DNA of 47,138 bases. It comes from Rhizaria sp. SCN 62-66. Its lineage: Eukaryota. The notes beneath the pieces are model-generated. The model searched no databases. It was given only the letters and a program-made list of their open reading frames with translations, and had not been told where the DNA came from. Where the stretch lies: NCBI GenBank assembly GCA_001724265.1, contig MEDY01000232.1, forward strand, positions 1 through 47,138, in the 5' to 3' direction. Within the stretch, counting starts at the first letter, position 1. Each line of letters begins with the position of its first letter. Of this stretch, positions 1-12,300 are shown piece after piece. The translations under genes were made by a program, and so were the position numbers.

Positions 1-630
1 TTTATTTGACGGAAGTTTGACAAAGTTGTATGGCTATTTCAAACTGCCCCTTCCAGGCGCGTTTTTGCGTTTTCCATAAACCTCTACATCAGGGGTACAG
101 AGCGCACAAACATTGAATGAGCGACGGACTCAACTAGCCAGGTCTTCTTCCCTGACAAAGACACGAAACGTTGTCTCGAATGTTAATTTGCTCTTTTAGT
201 AGCTACATTCACACGCACCGAACACACGTCGAAAAACACAAACGCCTTTTTGAACACCACACAACACAGTGTGAACCGCGCAGATTGTCGTCATAGTAGC
301 CTAGTATATAAGCGTGATGCGGTTGTGCTTTTAACACAACAGTGCAATGTAAAAAGAGTGTGCAGTTGGGTTCGCTCTGTCCTGTCCCACGTGGAGGGGC
401 TATCTGTTGCAGTTAATTCGTTTCGCGCGGCAGATAAACGCACTGTGCTAGCACAGAGACACGGGAGCAGCGCAGCGCACACACAGGTCAAGGGAAGATG
501 CAGGGGGGCGACGACGGCTGTGATGCGGCTTAGACGATTATCGCATCACATCGATGAGATCAGATCCCCCCCCCACCCCATTCTCACGCCACGAGAGACG
601 AACGACCGTATAGTAGCAGTGGTCACGCGC

Positions 631-2118
631 TTACGCGGTGGCGGCGGGCTTCTCGCAGATGAAGACGTAGCCGGGGGTGAGGAGCTTGCGCTCGCCGGCC
701 TCAGTGAAGGAGTCGGCGGCGCCGATGAGCATGTTCTGGACCTCGACGGTGCCCTTGGGGAGGATGCGCAGGGCCTCGCCGACCGTCAGGATCGAGGTGG
801 TGACAGCGCGGCCAGTCTTGGTGCCGAAGAAGCGGCCGCCGGTCTTGTCGACGAAGACGGAGTGGAAGGGCACGGTGCCCATGGTGTCGAACACGTCCTC
901 GGACTTGATGATCTTGAAGCCGGCGTCGGTGAAGGCCTTGGAGGTGGACGCGACGGTGTTGCCGTGGCAGTAGCAGCCGTTGGTGTTGTCGATGCGGCGG
1001 ATGATGTCGCGGTGCACAGGGTCCTTCTCGTTGTAGGCATCGAGCAGGCAGTACTGCGCAGAGATGATCTTGCCTCCGGGCTTGAGGACGCGGCACAGCT
1101 CCTTGAAGGTGCGGGGGCGGTCGGTCGAGTGCAGAGTGGCCTCGAAGTCGTAGATGGCGTCGAAGGTGTTGTCGGGCACAGGGATCTCGTTGAAGTCGGC
1201 TTGGATAAAGTCGCAGTCCTTGACGCCGTCGCGCTCGTTGTAGCGGATCGCGCGCTGGATGTGCTCCTTGGTAATGTTGACGCCCGTGATGGTGGCCTGC
1301 GAGTACTTCCACACCTCGCGCATGGGGCCGCCGATGCCGCAGCCGACGTCGAGGACGCGCATGCCCTTGGTGGCGCCGATCTGGGCGGCGAACCAGTGCT
1401 CGTAGCGCTTGATGGCCTGCTCGAAGGTCTCAGAGTCCCACTTGGGGGCGAAGTGGAACGACTGGCCCCAGCCGTACTCGTAGAAGTCCGTGATCAGGTT
1501 GTAGAAGGTCTCGGTGGTCTTGGTGTAGACGTTGCGGCTGTAGAGAAGCGCACGCATCGGAGCAAAGAGTGGGCATCAGATGTACACGTAAACGTGCGAA
1601 GGCAGGGAATGGGGTGACGTAATCGGGGAGAAGGGCAGGAGGGGGGCAGAGTGAGCTTTAAATGAAAATATGTACCGTCAAATCAAGAGTTTCATGAAGA
1701 ACGCATTTGAATAGAGATTGAAAAAACGACTGCACAACACAGGAACAAGTTAAAATTTCATAAGATAACGCGTGTAAGGCACACAGGGCAAAGCCCGAGA
1801 CGTACCGAGCGGCATCCTTGTCGTTGTCGTCCTTCTTGTAATCGCCGACGAACTTGCCGGTAACGTTGTCGAGACCATCAACGTGCTTGTAACTGAAGCG
1901 CTGCAGAGAGATAAATAAGCAAACAAAGTGGGGGTCAGAAGTCGTGAGATGCGCGTTGAGAGGCAGGTATGCAAGATTGGGCAAGGGGCAAGGGGGGTAT
2001 GGGTGGTCGGAGGAAAAGCGGACTTGCTCGAGATTGCTAAACGTACGTTGATAATCTTAGAGATGGGGCTCTTAAGCACCAGCGCAAGAGCGATGAGAAC
2101 AGCCGCAACGAAAAGCAT
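631..2118 (-). CDS. SMT: S-adenosylmethionine:sterol C24-methyltransferase (SMT/ERG6 family), 3 exons: 2118-2047, 1900-1806, 1537-631; ~357 aa
   Basis: SMT motifs FYEYGWGQSFHF, LDVGCGIGGP, FEATLHS, RVLKPGG and C-terminal FICEKP. Introns 2046-1901 and 1805-1538 run GTACGT...CAG and splice in frame (MLFVAAV...KIIN/RFSYKH...DAAR/RNVYTKTTETFYNL). Hydrophobic N-terminus. Stop TAA. Confidence 0.93.
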
Positions 2119-3305
2119 CGTGTGGCGCTATACGGGGGGTGAGTGACGAAACAAAAAGAGAGGATAGAACGAGTCTGTGAGTGTGCCCGTCGATGTCCAC
2201 GCTCCTCCCTGGCGCAAGGCCGCGACAAGGCGCCGTACTCTCCCGGTCACGTGCGCGCACAATATACAATAACTTCCAATATCAAACAAATTAAAAAGTA
2301 TCCACGCCCCGGTAAACTCGGCAAGCACGCCGTGTGAGCAGGACGAAATACTAATACGTTGCTTCACCACGCTTTTGTTGCATGTTGGCCCGCTGTCAAC
2401 AAAAAGTTAGGCCGCTCTCAGGTTGAGTAAGCTGGATTCAGTCAGCGAGCAACCTGTGGTAGCGACACGTTGGACACAATATCAAACTATTAAAGAACGA
2501 TGATAGAACAAAGACGACATTTCTGTGTATGGGCCAGCGTGTATTATCCGGAAAGTAAGATATTAATATGTGCATTAGTCATTGTACACGGCCTGAGGTC
2601 ACGGATTTTCTGTTTGCGCCGTGATCTGGCCCCTTATGGTCCCGCATAAATGTTAGACACGTACAGACCCCATAAATACACCCTGCCACATCACATCAAG
2701 GACAGTCCTCTTGTGCTGAAACATCTCGCACCATTTTGGGCGCGAGCGTGGGGGGTTGTCCCGCGAGCGCGACCGCCTTTCCCACGTTGCTCTGGCTCGC
2801 GGCGCGCCTGGCCGCAGCCCGCGCACGCAGGTCCGCGCCCTCAGTCTCTGTCGCCGCGGACGGCTGGTCAAGCAGCAGCATCTTGTTGGTAGCAACCTTT
2901 AACAGAACTGCGACTGATTCCGCGAGTGTGAGCGTCGAGGTGCGAAGACGCCAAGTTATGATGCCAACTTTTGATATTGTGTGCGTTTCGCATATTAGGT
3001 TGGCTGTGTATTAATACAATTGTTTTTGTTTGAAGAAGGAATATCCTTTGCCAATGCCTCACGTCAATCAAGTCACACATGCTGTCAATCGTGAATTCGC
3101 TATAGGCGTTTGTATTTACTTGTAGTCAATGTACTGTAATACCTTCAGATTAGCTCTGGGTTTGCAGTCATTTTTATCAAATTTTCTTGTCTCATACGTA
3201 CCATACCAGACATAGGTCCAGTCTCAAGTAAAATATTTAAATATTAATGTTTCATTGAAATAGTGAATTGCTCATCGTGATTTTTGTCATGCTGATTCAT
3301 TTCAC

Positions 3306-6300
3306 TTAGGCAACCGGCTTCCATTCACGCACTGCGCGGGCAAAGAGCGCTGCCTCTGCTTGGATGCTGTTCGCGAGTCGCCACCACGCAACAGCAGTCG
3401 GGTGCTGCGGCCCGCCCAGCACCGCAGCGGCCGCAGTCGCCGCACCCAAGGCAGCAGCGCGGGCGGCGACAAAGGCCGACGCTGCCTCGGTGGCGGCCGC
3501 GGTGACGGCAGCAGTGTCGGGGCCCGCTGCAGCAGCATTGACGGCAAGCGTGGACGCCAACACTGTCTGGTGCGATGAAGACGACTTCTTGACGGATTGC
3601 GCAGCGAGGGCAGCGACGGCGGCGGATGTAAAAGTGGTTGCGACAGTGGGCTGCGCCGACTCAGATTGCTGCGACAACGACGAGATGTCGGCAGTCTCCG
3701 TGTTGTTGGCAGCAACCTTAGCGCGGTAGCTCGCAAGCACTGGAGCCAGCGGCGCGTTGGCGGCGGCGACTAAAGGTGCGATTTTACCGAGCAGGGTCCC
3801 CATGATAAACTGCTGTGCGCGCGCCACGGTCACTGCGTACGGAGCCGTCGGAGCGGCAGCGAGCAATCCCTTAGCCAAGCTAAGTACGTCGGTGGGCATC
3901 TGGGTGAACAGATCAGCGACAATATCGTCCTTGGACATGTTCCACTCGTCGATCTCGCCGTCTTGAGGAACTTGAGCATCGGACCGGGTCTTTGTCTGGC
4001 GGATCGCCTTGTTGAGCCCCGGAGCGAGCTCAGCCAGGTCCAACACCCCTCCAGCGACGAAGCGCGAGTGCAGCGTGCTCGAACCCACGGTCTCAGCCTC
4101 CTCGGAAGTCAGGCCGCCGAGCTCAGTCGCGACGCGCACAGCAGCCGCGGCAAGGCCGGGGGCGGCGGCAACGGAAAACAGCATACTGTTGGCGTGGTGC
4201 TCATTGCCGTCCCTACTGTCGTCAACAGTCCCGTTCGCTGAAGGATGGTAGTTGCGGTTCGGCTCCAAGAACACCAAGCCCTTCGTTTTGTCGTTCTTAC
4301 CACTGACAGCAACGCTGAACCCGAGCGTCTCCGCCCAGTGTCCGGCGCCAGTCACTACGGCCACTGCGTCGGCCGCGGCGCCGTGACCCGCGCTGCCGTC
4401 CAAGTACGCCGCCCAGTCGCCGGCGGTCAGCACCCCGCTGCCCAGCGCAGTGCGCGGCGCGCGGAGGCCCGAGGCGGCCCGCAGCGCCGCCGCCGTAGCC
4501 TCGCGCGCGCGCGCGTTACGGGCCGCGGCGAGGCGGGAGCGGTACTGCGACAGCGCCGCGGACAGCGCCGGCAGCAACTGCGCCAGCGCCGAGGAAGCCG
4601 ACTGCAGCATATTAGCGTTCGTGGGGGCGTCAGTCGCTGCAGTTGTCGCGGCGGCTGCGAGGGCAACGGCGAGTGCGCGCGCGGGCGCTGTGACAATGCT
4701 GACTCTGCCCCTCTCGGCCTTGCTCTTCGCATTCGTGCTGGCCGCGGCCGCGGCGACAGGCAGCAGCCTCTGCAGCGCGCCCGCGGGCACCGGCGCAACC
4801 GCCGTCGCCGTCGCCGCCGCCGCGTCCGCCGCGGCGCCCTGCCAGCCGCCCTTAACGGCAGCGAAGTGGTACAGTCGCGCGAGCAGGCGGTGCGGGTTCA
4901 GGTGCAGCGGGCCCGGCAGTGACAGCGCGCGCGGCGGGGCCGGGACGAGCACTGAGGCCAGCGTGTACTGCGCGGCCGCCACGGCGGGCGGGAACAGCGG
5001 CGGAAGCCAGTAAGTCAGGCCACCGAAGCCGCTGGTGTAGGGCGCGTCGTCCGAGACCAAAACAGCCGCAGAGGGGGCGCGGCGGCCGTGACCGTGGCCA
5101 GCGTGAGCGTCGGCATTGTTGTTGTTAGAGCCAGGGCGGTGACGAGCACCGGGCCTCTGCTGCTTCTTGTTGGTCTGCGCACTTGCAGCAGCCTTTGCGG
5201 CAGCAGCCTTTGCGGCAGCAGCCTTTGCGGCAGCCGCGGCCGCAGCAGCGCCCACCGGCGGCGTACTTGTGGACGCGCTCGCGCTATTTGCGTTGGTCTT
5301 GGCACTGTTGGCGTTGCTGCTTCCAGCCCACTCATCGCGAGTCGTGAACATGACCCTCGTCATCAGCGCATCAAGCGCGTGCGCCGCCGTGTAAGGGCCC
5401 AGCGCGTGCGATGTAAGGGGGGTACTGAGATCGATACCAGCGCCCTCACCGTGCAGCACCACGCTGCGCTCCCACGCGTCAGAAACCGCGAGGTCTAAGT
5501 GCCCACTTACACTGTTGTCGGCAGCGGTGATGTGGAGAGCCACGCCCGCGTGTGCGAGGCGCTCAGAAAGCGCTGCAGCGGCAGTGATCAGAGGGGCAGT
5601 GAGCGACTGCAGCCCGTGCTGCGACAGAGACAACGCGGGTGGATCGGGCGCAACCGTGAAGTCGTCTCCACTTGAGTCAACATTTGAGTCAGTGGCAGCG
5701 GCCGGCTGCGAGAACAGAGGGTCAAACAGTGACAACGAGACTACCGTCGCCAGGATGCCTTGCGCCACGCCCACCGCGTGTGCAGTCCGGTGCAGCTGAG
5801 GAGCGAGCGTGAGGGCCGCCACAGTCGCCTCGGCCACGTCCCCCGTGAGGGCACGCACGAGTTCGGCGGCGGGCAGCGCGCGAGGGCTGGCGGTCACGAG
5901 GGACAGCAGACTGTCGCTGCTAGCGGCCGCCTTCGCGTACGCTGGAGCAGCTGGAGGCATGAACACACTGGCACTGGCACCGACACCGACACTCCCACTT
6001 GCACTGTCGCCAACTGCCGCAGTTGAAGCGTCAGCCTCAGCGTTGGCCGCAGTCATCGCGGCGGGCAAGAGAGCGGCTGCATAATCGAGCAACGCCTCGG
6101 CGTGGGCCAGGCCCTTGCTGCTCTGAAGTCTAGCCGCCTCGCGCAGCAGCTCCCCGGCCCGTGCGCTCACAGCGGCGGCGGCGTCCAGTGCGCCCGCGGG
6201 CCCCGCGGCGATCGCGGCGGCGGCGGCGACGTCTGCGGCCGCGGTGGCCGTGGCGGCCGCGGAGAGGGACGTCGCGGCGGAGAGCAGCGCGCGGGCGCCG

Positions 6301-9300
6301 CCGTAGCTACGGCATGGCAGCCCCTCCCAGGGGGACCACAGGTGCAGGGAGTGGAGCAGCTGCAGCTGCTCTTTCTCGACACCATTGGCGGCATGCTCTG
6401 GAATAAGATCAGCAGCACCATTCGCATTCGTGTCGTTGCTGCTGGACAGAAAGAGAGAGTCGCCCGCGGCGCCGGCAGCAGCGCTGAGCACCCGTGCCAG
6501 CGCCGAGCTGCGCGGCATGCTCACGGCCACCGGCTGCACGAACGCGGCCGCTTTGCTGCCTACAGCCACTGCGCCAGGGCGCGCACGGGCGCGGACTGTC
6601 GCGGCGACGGGCGCGGCGGGCGCGGGCACCAGCGTGGCAGAGCTGGCAAAGCCCTGCGGCGCGGGGCACAGCGCAAACGCGGAGGCTGCGAGCGCGGCCG
6701 CGTGCAGCTGGCCGTACACGCGCGCCCACTGGCCGGCGACGAGTGCCTCTGCGTTGCCGCCCGCGTCTACGTTTGCGCTGGAGTGCACAGGGATGATGCC
6801 GGGAGCCACTAACGCGCCGGCAACTGAGGTTAGGCCGCCGCCGAGAGCGTGTGCGGAGTCTACGGCGGCGTTACGGCGTAACGCCTCACGTGCAGCCACT
6901 GCGGCGGCGGGGGACGCCGCATGCACACGCGCTGCCGCATCAGCCGCGCTCGCAGGCGTGTCAGAGCCGGCGGCAGCGCCAGAGTCCGTCGCTGTCGGAG
7001 CGGCTGCAGCAGCGGCAGCGGTGGCGAGGGCGTGGATGGCGCTCGCAGTGGTCGTGGCAGCGCGCGCGGCCGCGGCGTCCGCGGCAGCCAAGTCGCCACT
7101 CATCGCCAGCGCAGCCGCAGCCGCCGTGTTGACGAGTGACGCGGCACTGACGCTTAGACCTGAGGCGCTCGCACTCGCGGAGAGCGCCGCCCCGAGCGCG
7201 TCCAGTGCGGCCACAGAGGACCCCGCGCAGCCGTCGGCCGTCGCCGCGGACAGCGCAAGTCCCAGCACCAGCGCAGGCGCCGCCGCGGGCGCGACGCGGG
7301 CGCCCGCCGCCGCCAGCGCCGCCGCCGCGGTCTCGGCCGCGGGCGCCAGCGCGAGGAGCTTGGCCGTCCACGCGTTGACGCCCGCGCCGAGCAGCAAGTC
7401 GCGAGGCTGCGAGTGCGCCGAGAGCCAGCCGGGGGTGCCGGCGGCGAAGGCGGCGGCCGCGGCCGCGGCGGCGGTCGCGGCTGCGGGCAGCTGCAGCCCC
7501 GAGAGCAGGGCGCGGTGCGCGGCCGCGGTGAGCAGCGCGGCGCGCAGGGCAACGCCAGCGCCGACGGCGGCGTTGCTGCCGCTGTCAGAGTTGCTGTTTG
7601 TGATCGAGGTGACGCCCGTGGCGCGCAGGGCAAAGGGGAAAATGCGGTACTCAGAGATCACTTCAGCTGCAGCGGTGTTGAACGCAGTGGTAGCGACACG
7701 TGAGTGAATGCGTTCATCGTGCTGCTGTGTGGTCTTTGAGGCCGACGCAAGCGGGCCCTTGGTGGCAGCGGCGAGTGCCCAGCTGCCGTCGCCGGGTAAG
7801 TGTCCCAGCACCCTTAGAGTGTCTTCGCGGAACACTGCGCGCGCGTGCGTGGTCGCCGTCGCACGTACAGAGGGCGAAAAGAGCGCCGCCACTGCGTCGC
7901 CAAGCAGTTCGAGGCCGACAGGCTCCCCAGCGGCGGCGGCAGTTTCGGGGAACGAGTCGGGAACCGGGTTGTCGCGCCCGGGAATGGCGGCAAGCGCGCC
8001 GGACTCGGCGAACCTGGCCGTGTCGGTCAGCCGCTGCAACGCGCCGCCGCCTTCGCGCCCGCCGTCGCCGGAAGCTAGCACAGTCGCCAAGACCGGGTCG
8101 CCGCGCGCCACGGCCTCCGCCGCCGCCTCGGCCGCCAGTCGCACCGCTGGGGGTAGAGGGGGTGCGCCGCCCCGCGCGCGCGCCGCGGCCGTGCCGGGGA
8201 TAATCGTAAGCCCGGCGGCGAGGGCCGCAGCGGTGGCGGGCGAGAGGTCCGTGAACTCGGTCCAATGCAACAGCGCCGTGAGCAGAGCGTCCGAAGCCGA
8301 TGCCAGCAACGCCAGCGCGGACTGAGCTGAGACCGCGGCCGCGGCGGGCGCCGGCGCGCGCGCAGCTGGCGGGGAGAGCAGCCGCACCAGGGCCGAGCCG
8401 GCGACGGCGGCGCCCACGGTCGAACTCGCACTCACAGTTGCGGCCGCGGAGGCCGAGGCCGAGGCAGTGCGGCGCAGAATGCGGGCCGCGACACTGGGCG
8501 GCACGAACGCGGGCGCCGCTGACATCGCGCTGTCACTGCCACCGTTGTTGCTGGCAATAACAACAGCAGTCACCGCGGCCGTCGCGTGGCGCGCAAGCAG
8601 GCGCAACGCGTCAGCGCCAGCGGCTGCGGCGGTAGTGGGCGCTGGCGCTGGCACTGCGGCGGCTGCGAGCATAGCGCGGACGCGGGCGGTCTGCCGCGCG
8701 GCCGCGGTGTCCGCTAGAAAGCGCGCGGCGATCACAGTCGCGGCTGGCACAAAGGCGACCGCGTTGGCGGCAACGCGGGACGACACGGCCGCGACGGCAG
8801 CGCTGGCGATCGCGACTGCGCGGTCAGCGCCCACGCTTGCGCTGGCGCTCGCAGTGTCAGCTTGTGATTCAGCCGCTTTGGCGAGCGTGAGAGAGAACGG
8901 CGAGCTCGCGCGCGCCCACGCCGCATCCCTGGGCAGCGCGAATGTAAGGGGGTACGCGGCCGATGTAAGTGCCCGGGCGACGGCGCCCAGCGGCAGCACG
9001 GCGGCGATGTTGCCGAACGCGCGCGTCACTGCGGTCGCGAGCAGAGCGGTGCTCTCCGCGCTGTACGCACTGCGCACGGCGCTGGCCACGCGGTCTGCGA
9101 TGACGGCGCGCGCGGCCGTCACCGCGGTCAGCACGGCGGCGCCCGCGCGCGAGCGCCAGAAGAGCGCGTTAGCCGCGTCGCGGGCTCCCTCAACGACGGC
9201 GCTGAGCGCGGCGGCGGCGGCCGCGGGCACGGACAGCGGCGCGCCGAGTGGAAGCGCAACCGAGCCGACGGGGGATGCGCGCGCGGGCACCGCCGTGAGC

Positions 9301-12300
9301 GGGCCCAGCAGCTGCGGCGGGAGCGCGGCAAGCGCGGCGAGCAGCGAGGCCGGGGGCGCGCGCGGCAGCGGCGGCAGCGGCGGACACAGGGCGGCGGCCG
9401 CGGCGTCGCTCAGAGAGCTACTCTCGTTACCAGTGCCGTTGCCGGAGCCGGTGTTGTTGCTGTTGTTGATGGTGGCAACGGCAGCGTGCACGGTGGCAAA
9501 GCACGTCAGATACGCGTCTGCCGCGGCCGCATGCAGCGACGCACCGGCGTACTTGAATCGGCCCAGAGTCGTCGCCGCAGCGCCGCGCGCCTGCTAGCCC
9601 TGCTTCGACTGCTGCGCCTGCGAGATGTTTTGCGCCGATTCGAGCCCTTCAAAGGCGCGCAGCGGGTGTTTCACGGCGTGGATGAAGTCCGGGTTGCTGA
9701 AGAGGGCAAACATCGACACCCCCACGTCGCCGCCGCGGCCCGCGCCCGCGCCCGCGCTGGCGCTGGCACTCATCGCGCTCGCGGCGACGGCCGTGGAGAC
9801 AGGGGCGTGCGCGTGGGAGCTGCGGGCGAGACTCGCGGGGCTGAGGTAGCTGCCGATAAGAGGCAGCGCCAAACCGGGCCCCAACAGGACCTCGCTCGTG
9901 CTTTTCGCACTAGCGGTGTCCAAGTTGGCGGAAAGGGTGACCGTGAGCGCTGCGGCGGTGGCGGCGGCGGCGGAGTCAGCCCAGTCCGCGAGCTGCGAGA
10001 CCGTGAGTAGGCGCGGGGTGACTGTGAGCAGCTTGAGCGCCGAGTCCGCCGCCGAGGCCTCGCTGTCGCCGGGGACGGCCGGCAGTGCAATGTGGCTGTT
10101 GTTCGCCACGCGGGCCGCCGCGAGCGCGACGGCGACGTCAACGCCGTGGGCGTTGTTGGCAGCAGCCTCGGTTTGCTGCTGGTGCTGCTTGCGGGCCTGG
10201 CGCACGACAGACAGCGACGGCGCGGCGACTGTGTCCACGGGGAGACGCTTGTAGTGCGCTTGCAGCAGCAGCGCCGCAACGGCAGCGCGGCGCACGACAC
10301 CACCGTCACCGCCACTAAGCCCACTCTTAGACTGACGAGCGGGGGCGGGTCCATGAGCAGCCATCGCGGCTGCTGCCAGCGCAGGGTCGGCTGTCGCGGC
10401 GCTGATGGCTGCCGCGACGCGAGAAAGCGCCGTCGTGAGCACGCCGTCGTCAAACATACTGCTGAGGGAGACACTTGCCTGACCGCCGGAGGATGCCGCG
10501 TCAGCCGCGGCGTCCGCAGCCGCCTCCGCGGCCTCTGCGGCAGCAAGAGCAACGGCGTCGAGCAGCAGCGGCGCAGCAGTGTGCAGGTTCGCGGGCGCGC
10601 CGCCAGCCGCGGTTGCAAGCGCCGCCGCGGCTGCGACAGCAGAGGCGGCGGCAGCCCTTGAGCGCGCGTCCGCAGTGCAGGCGCGAGCCGCGGATGCAAC
10701 AAGCCAGGAGTCTAACGGGATGCCCGTTGCAAGGGTAAGTACCCGCATCGAGTCTAAGTAGGACAGCGCGGGCAGCGCAGCGAGGCGGACGTAACTGTGC
10801 GCAGCGGTCAGCGCGGCGCTGACACGGCCACTGCCGTCACTAGAGCCACCGAGCACGCGCGAGACGCTGAGATCAGACACGGAGGAGTTTGTGCTGAACT
10901 TGCCAGTGGCAGGAGTATAGCTGAGAGCAGTCGTCGCAGGCATATGTAAAGCGGACAGCAGCTCACTGACGTCACTCCCAATCTCATTCACACTATACTG
11001 GGACGGCGACTGCAGCGTTGAGGGCTTCGGGGCAAAGCGGGAGCCTGCGGCGAGAGCAGCATTGGTGGTCGTGACAATGACAAGGCCCTTTGCCTGGGGC
11101 CAGGCGCGGTCAAACGACCACTGCTCACGGTCACTCTCAGCCTCCGCATCAGTTTCGTTCTCCGAGCCCGACTGCGCCTGCGCCTGCGAATCACACCGAC
11201 AGCGTGCGGCCACAGTCGCCGCCGCGTCGCGCGCAGAGACGGGCGCCGTGAGTGATAAGGGAGCAGGGAACAAAGGCATCGTCGAGAAACCCTTCGAGAA
11301 ACCAAAGCGGCTTGCGAATGCGTCATTCCCAGCAGTCTTAGTGACGTTACCGCTGCTCATAGCAGCGAACGCCGCACTGCATTCATCATGAGTCGGCTGT
11401 GGCATGATAAAAGTCAAACCGCCACACTTCGCCCTGCTAATATTGCTAAACGTGGCATTCGCTTGCTTTGACTTCGCAGACACAGACGCGGAGGCAGTAG
11501 TTGTGCCGCGGACGCCGCCCGCAGACTCGACGATCGAGACCATTTCCGCGGAGTCGGCGCCGTCGAACACCAGCGTCCACGACGGCAGCGTCAGTAGATA
11601 CGCGTTCAGCACGGCCGCGGCCTCACGCAGGCTGAGCGCGCCGGCGCCCGAGGCGGGGCCGTGGGGGCCGGTGCCTGTGGTCGCCGTGGCCGCGGCGGCG
11701 GCGGCGGCGGTGATGCCGGGGGCGGAGGACAGCGCGCCGCTGCCGGCTGCGGCGGGGGCGAGCGCCAGGTAGTCGATCAAGGCGAGGTACGAGGATAGTA
11801 AGGAGGCGGGGGAGTCGGCGCTGAGCCAGAAAGACGGCGACGACGGCAGCACAAAGTAGTGGTGGTACACGCCGTCACCGTCGCGGGCGTTGCACTGCTG
11901 CTGCTGCTGCTGCTGTGTGTCGGCGCTGTCGGTAATACGCCGCGTCGCCGTCGCCGTCTTGAAGTTAGGCCGCTCCGCAAAGGGCGCGGTAAGCGCGTGC
12001 GCGACGAGGCTAGTGCGGCCCGAGCCCGCGTCGCCGGCGACGTACACGACGCGTGGCGCGGCGAAGGCGGCGGGGCCCGCAACAGGGGCGGTCATCGCAA
12101 AGAAAAAAGAAGACAGGGGCTCGGTGCGGCCTACGAGGGCGCGGGCGGAGGCGGAGACTGCGGCGGTCGTGTCCGCAGTGAAGAATGACGAGCTCGTGCT
12201 GGCATCGCAGTGCGTACTGCTCGAGTTGAAGGTTGGATTTGCGGAGAGACTGAGACCATTAAAGAGAGACGTTGTCATCAGAGCCTGCGCGACCGTGACC

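Noticed and set aside
250-1617. 455-aa plus-strand ORF
   Set aside because: Antisense shadow of the GC3-rich SMT exon; no recognisable motifs.
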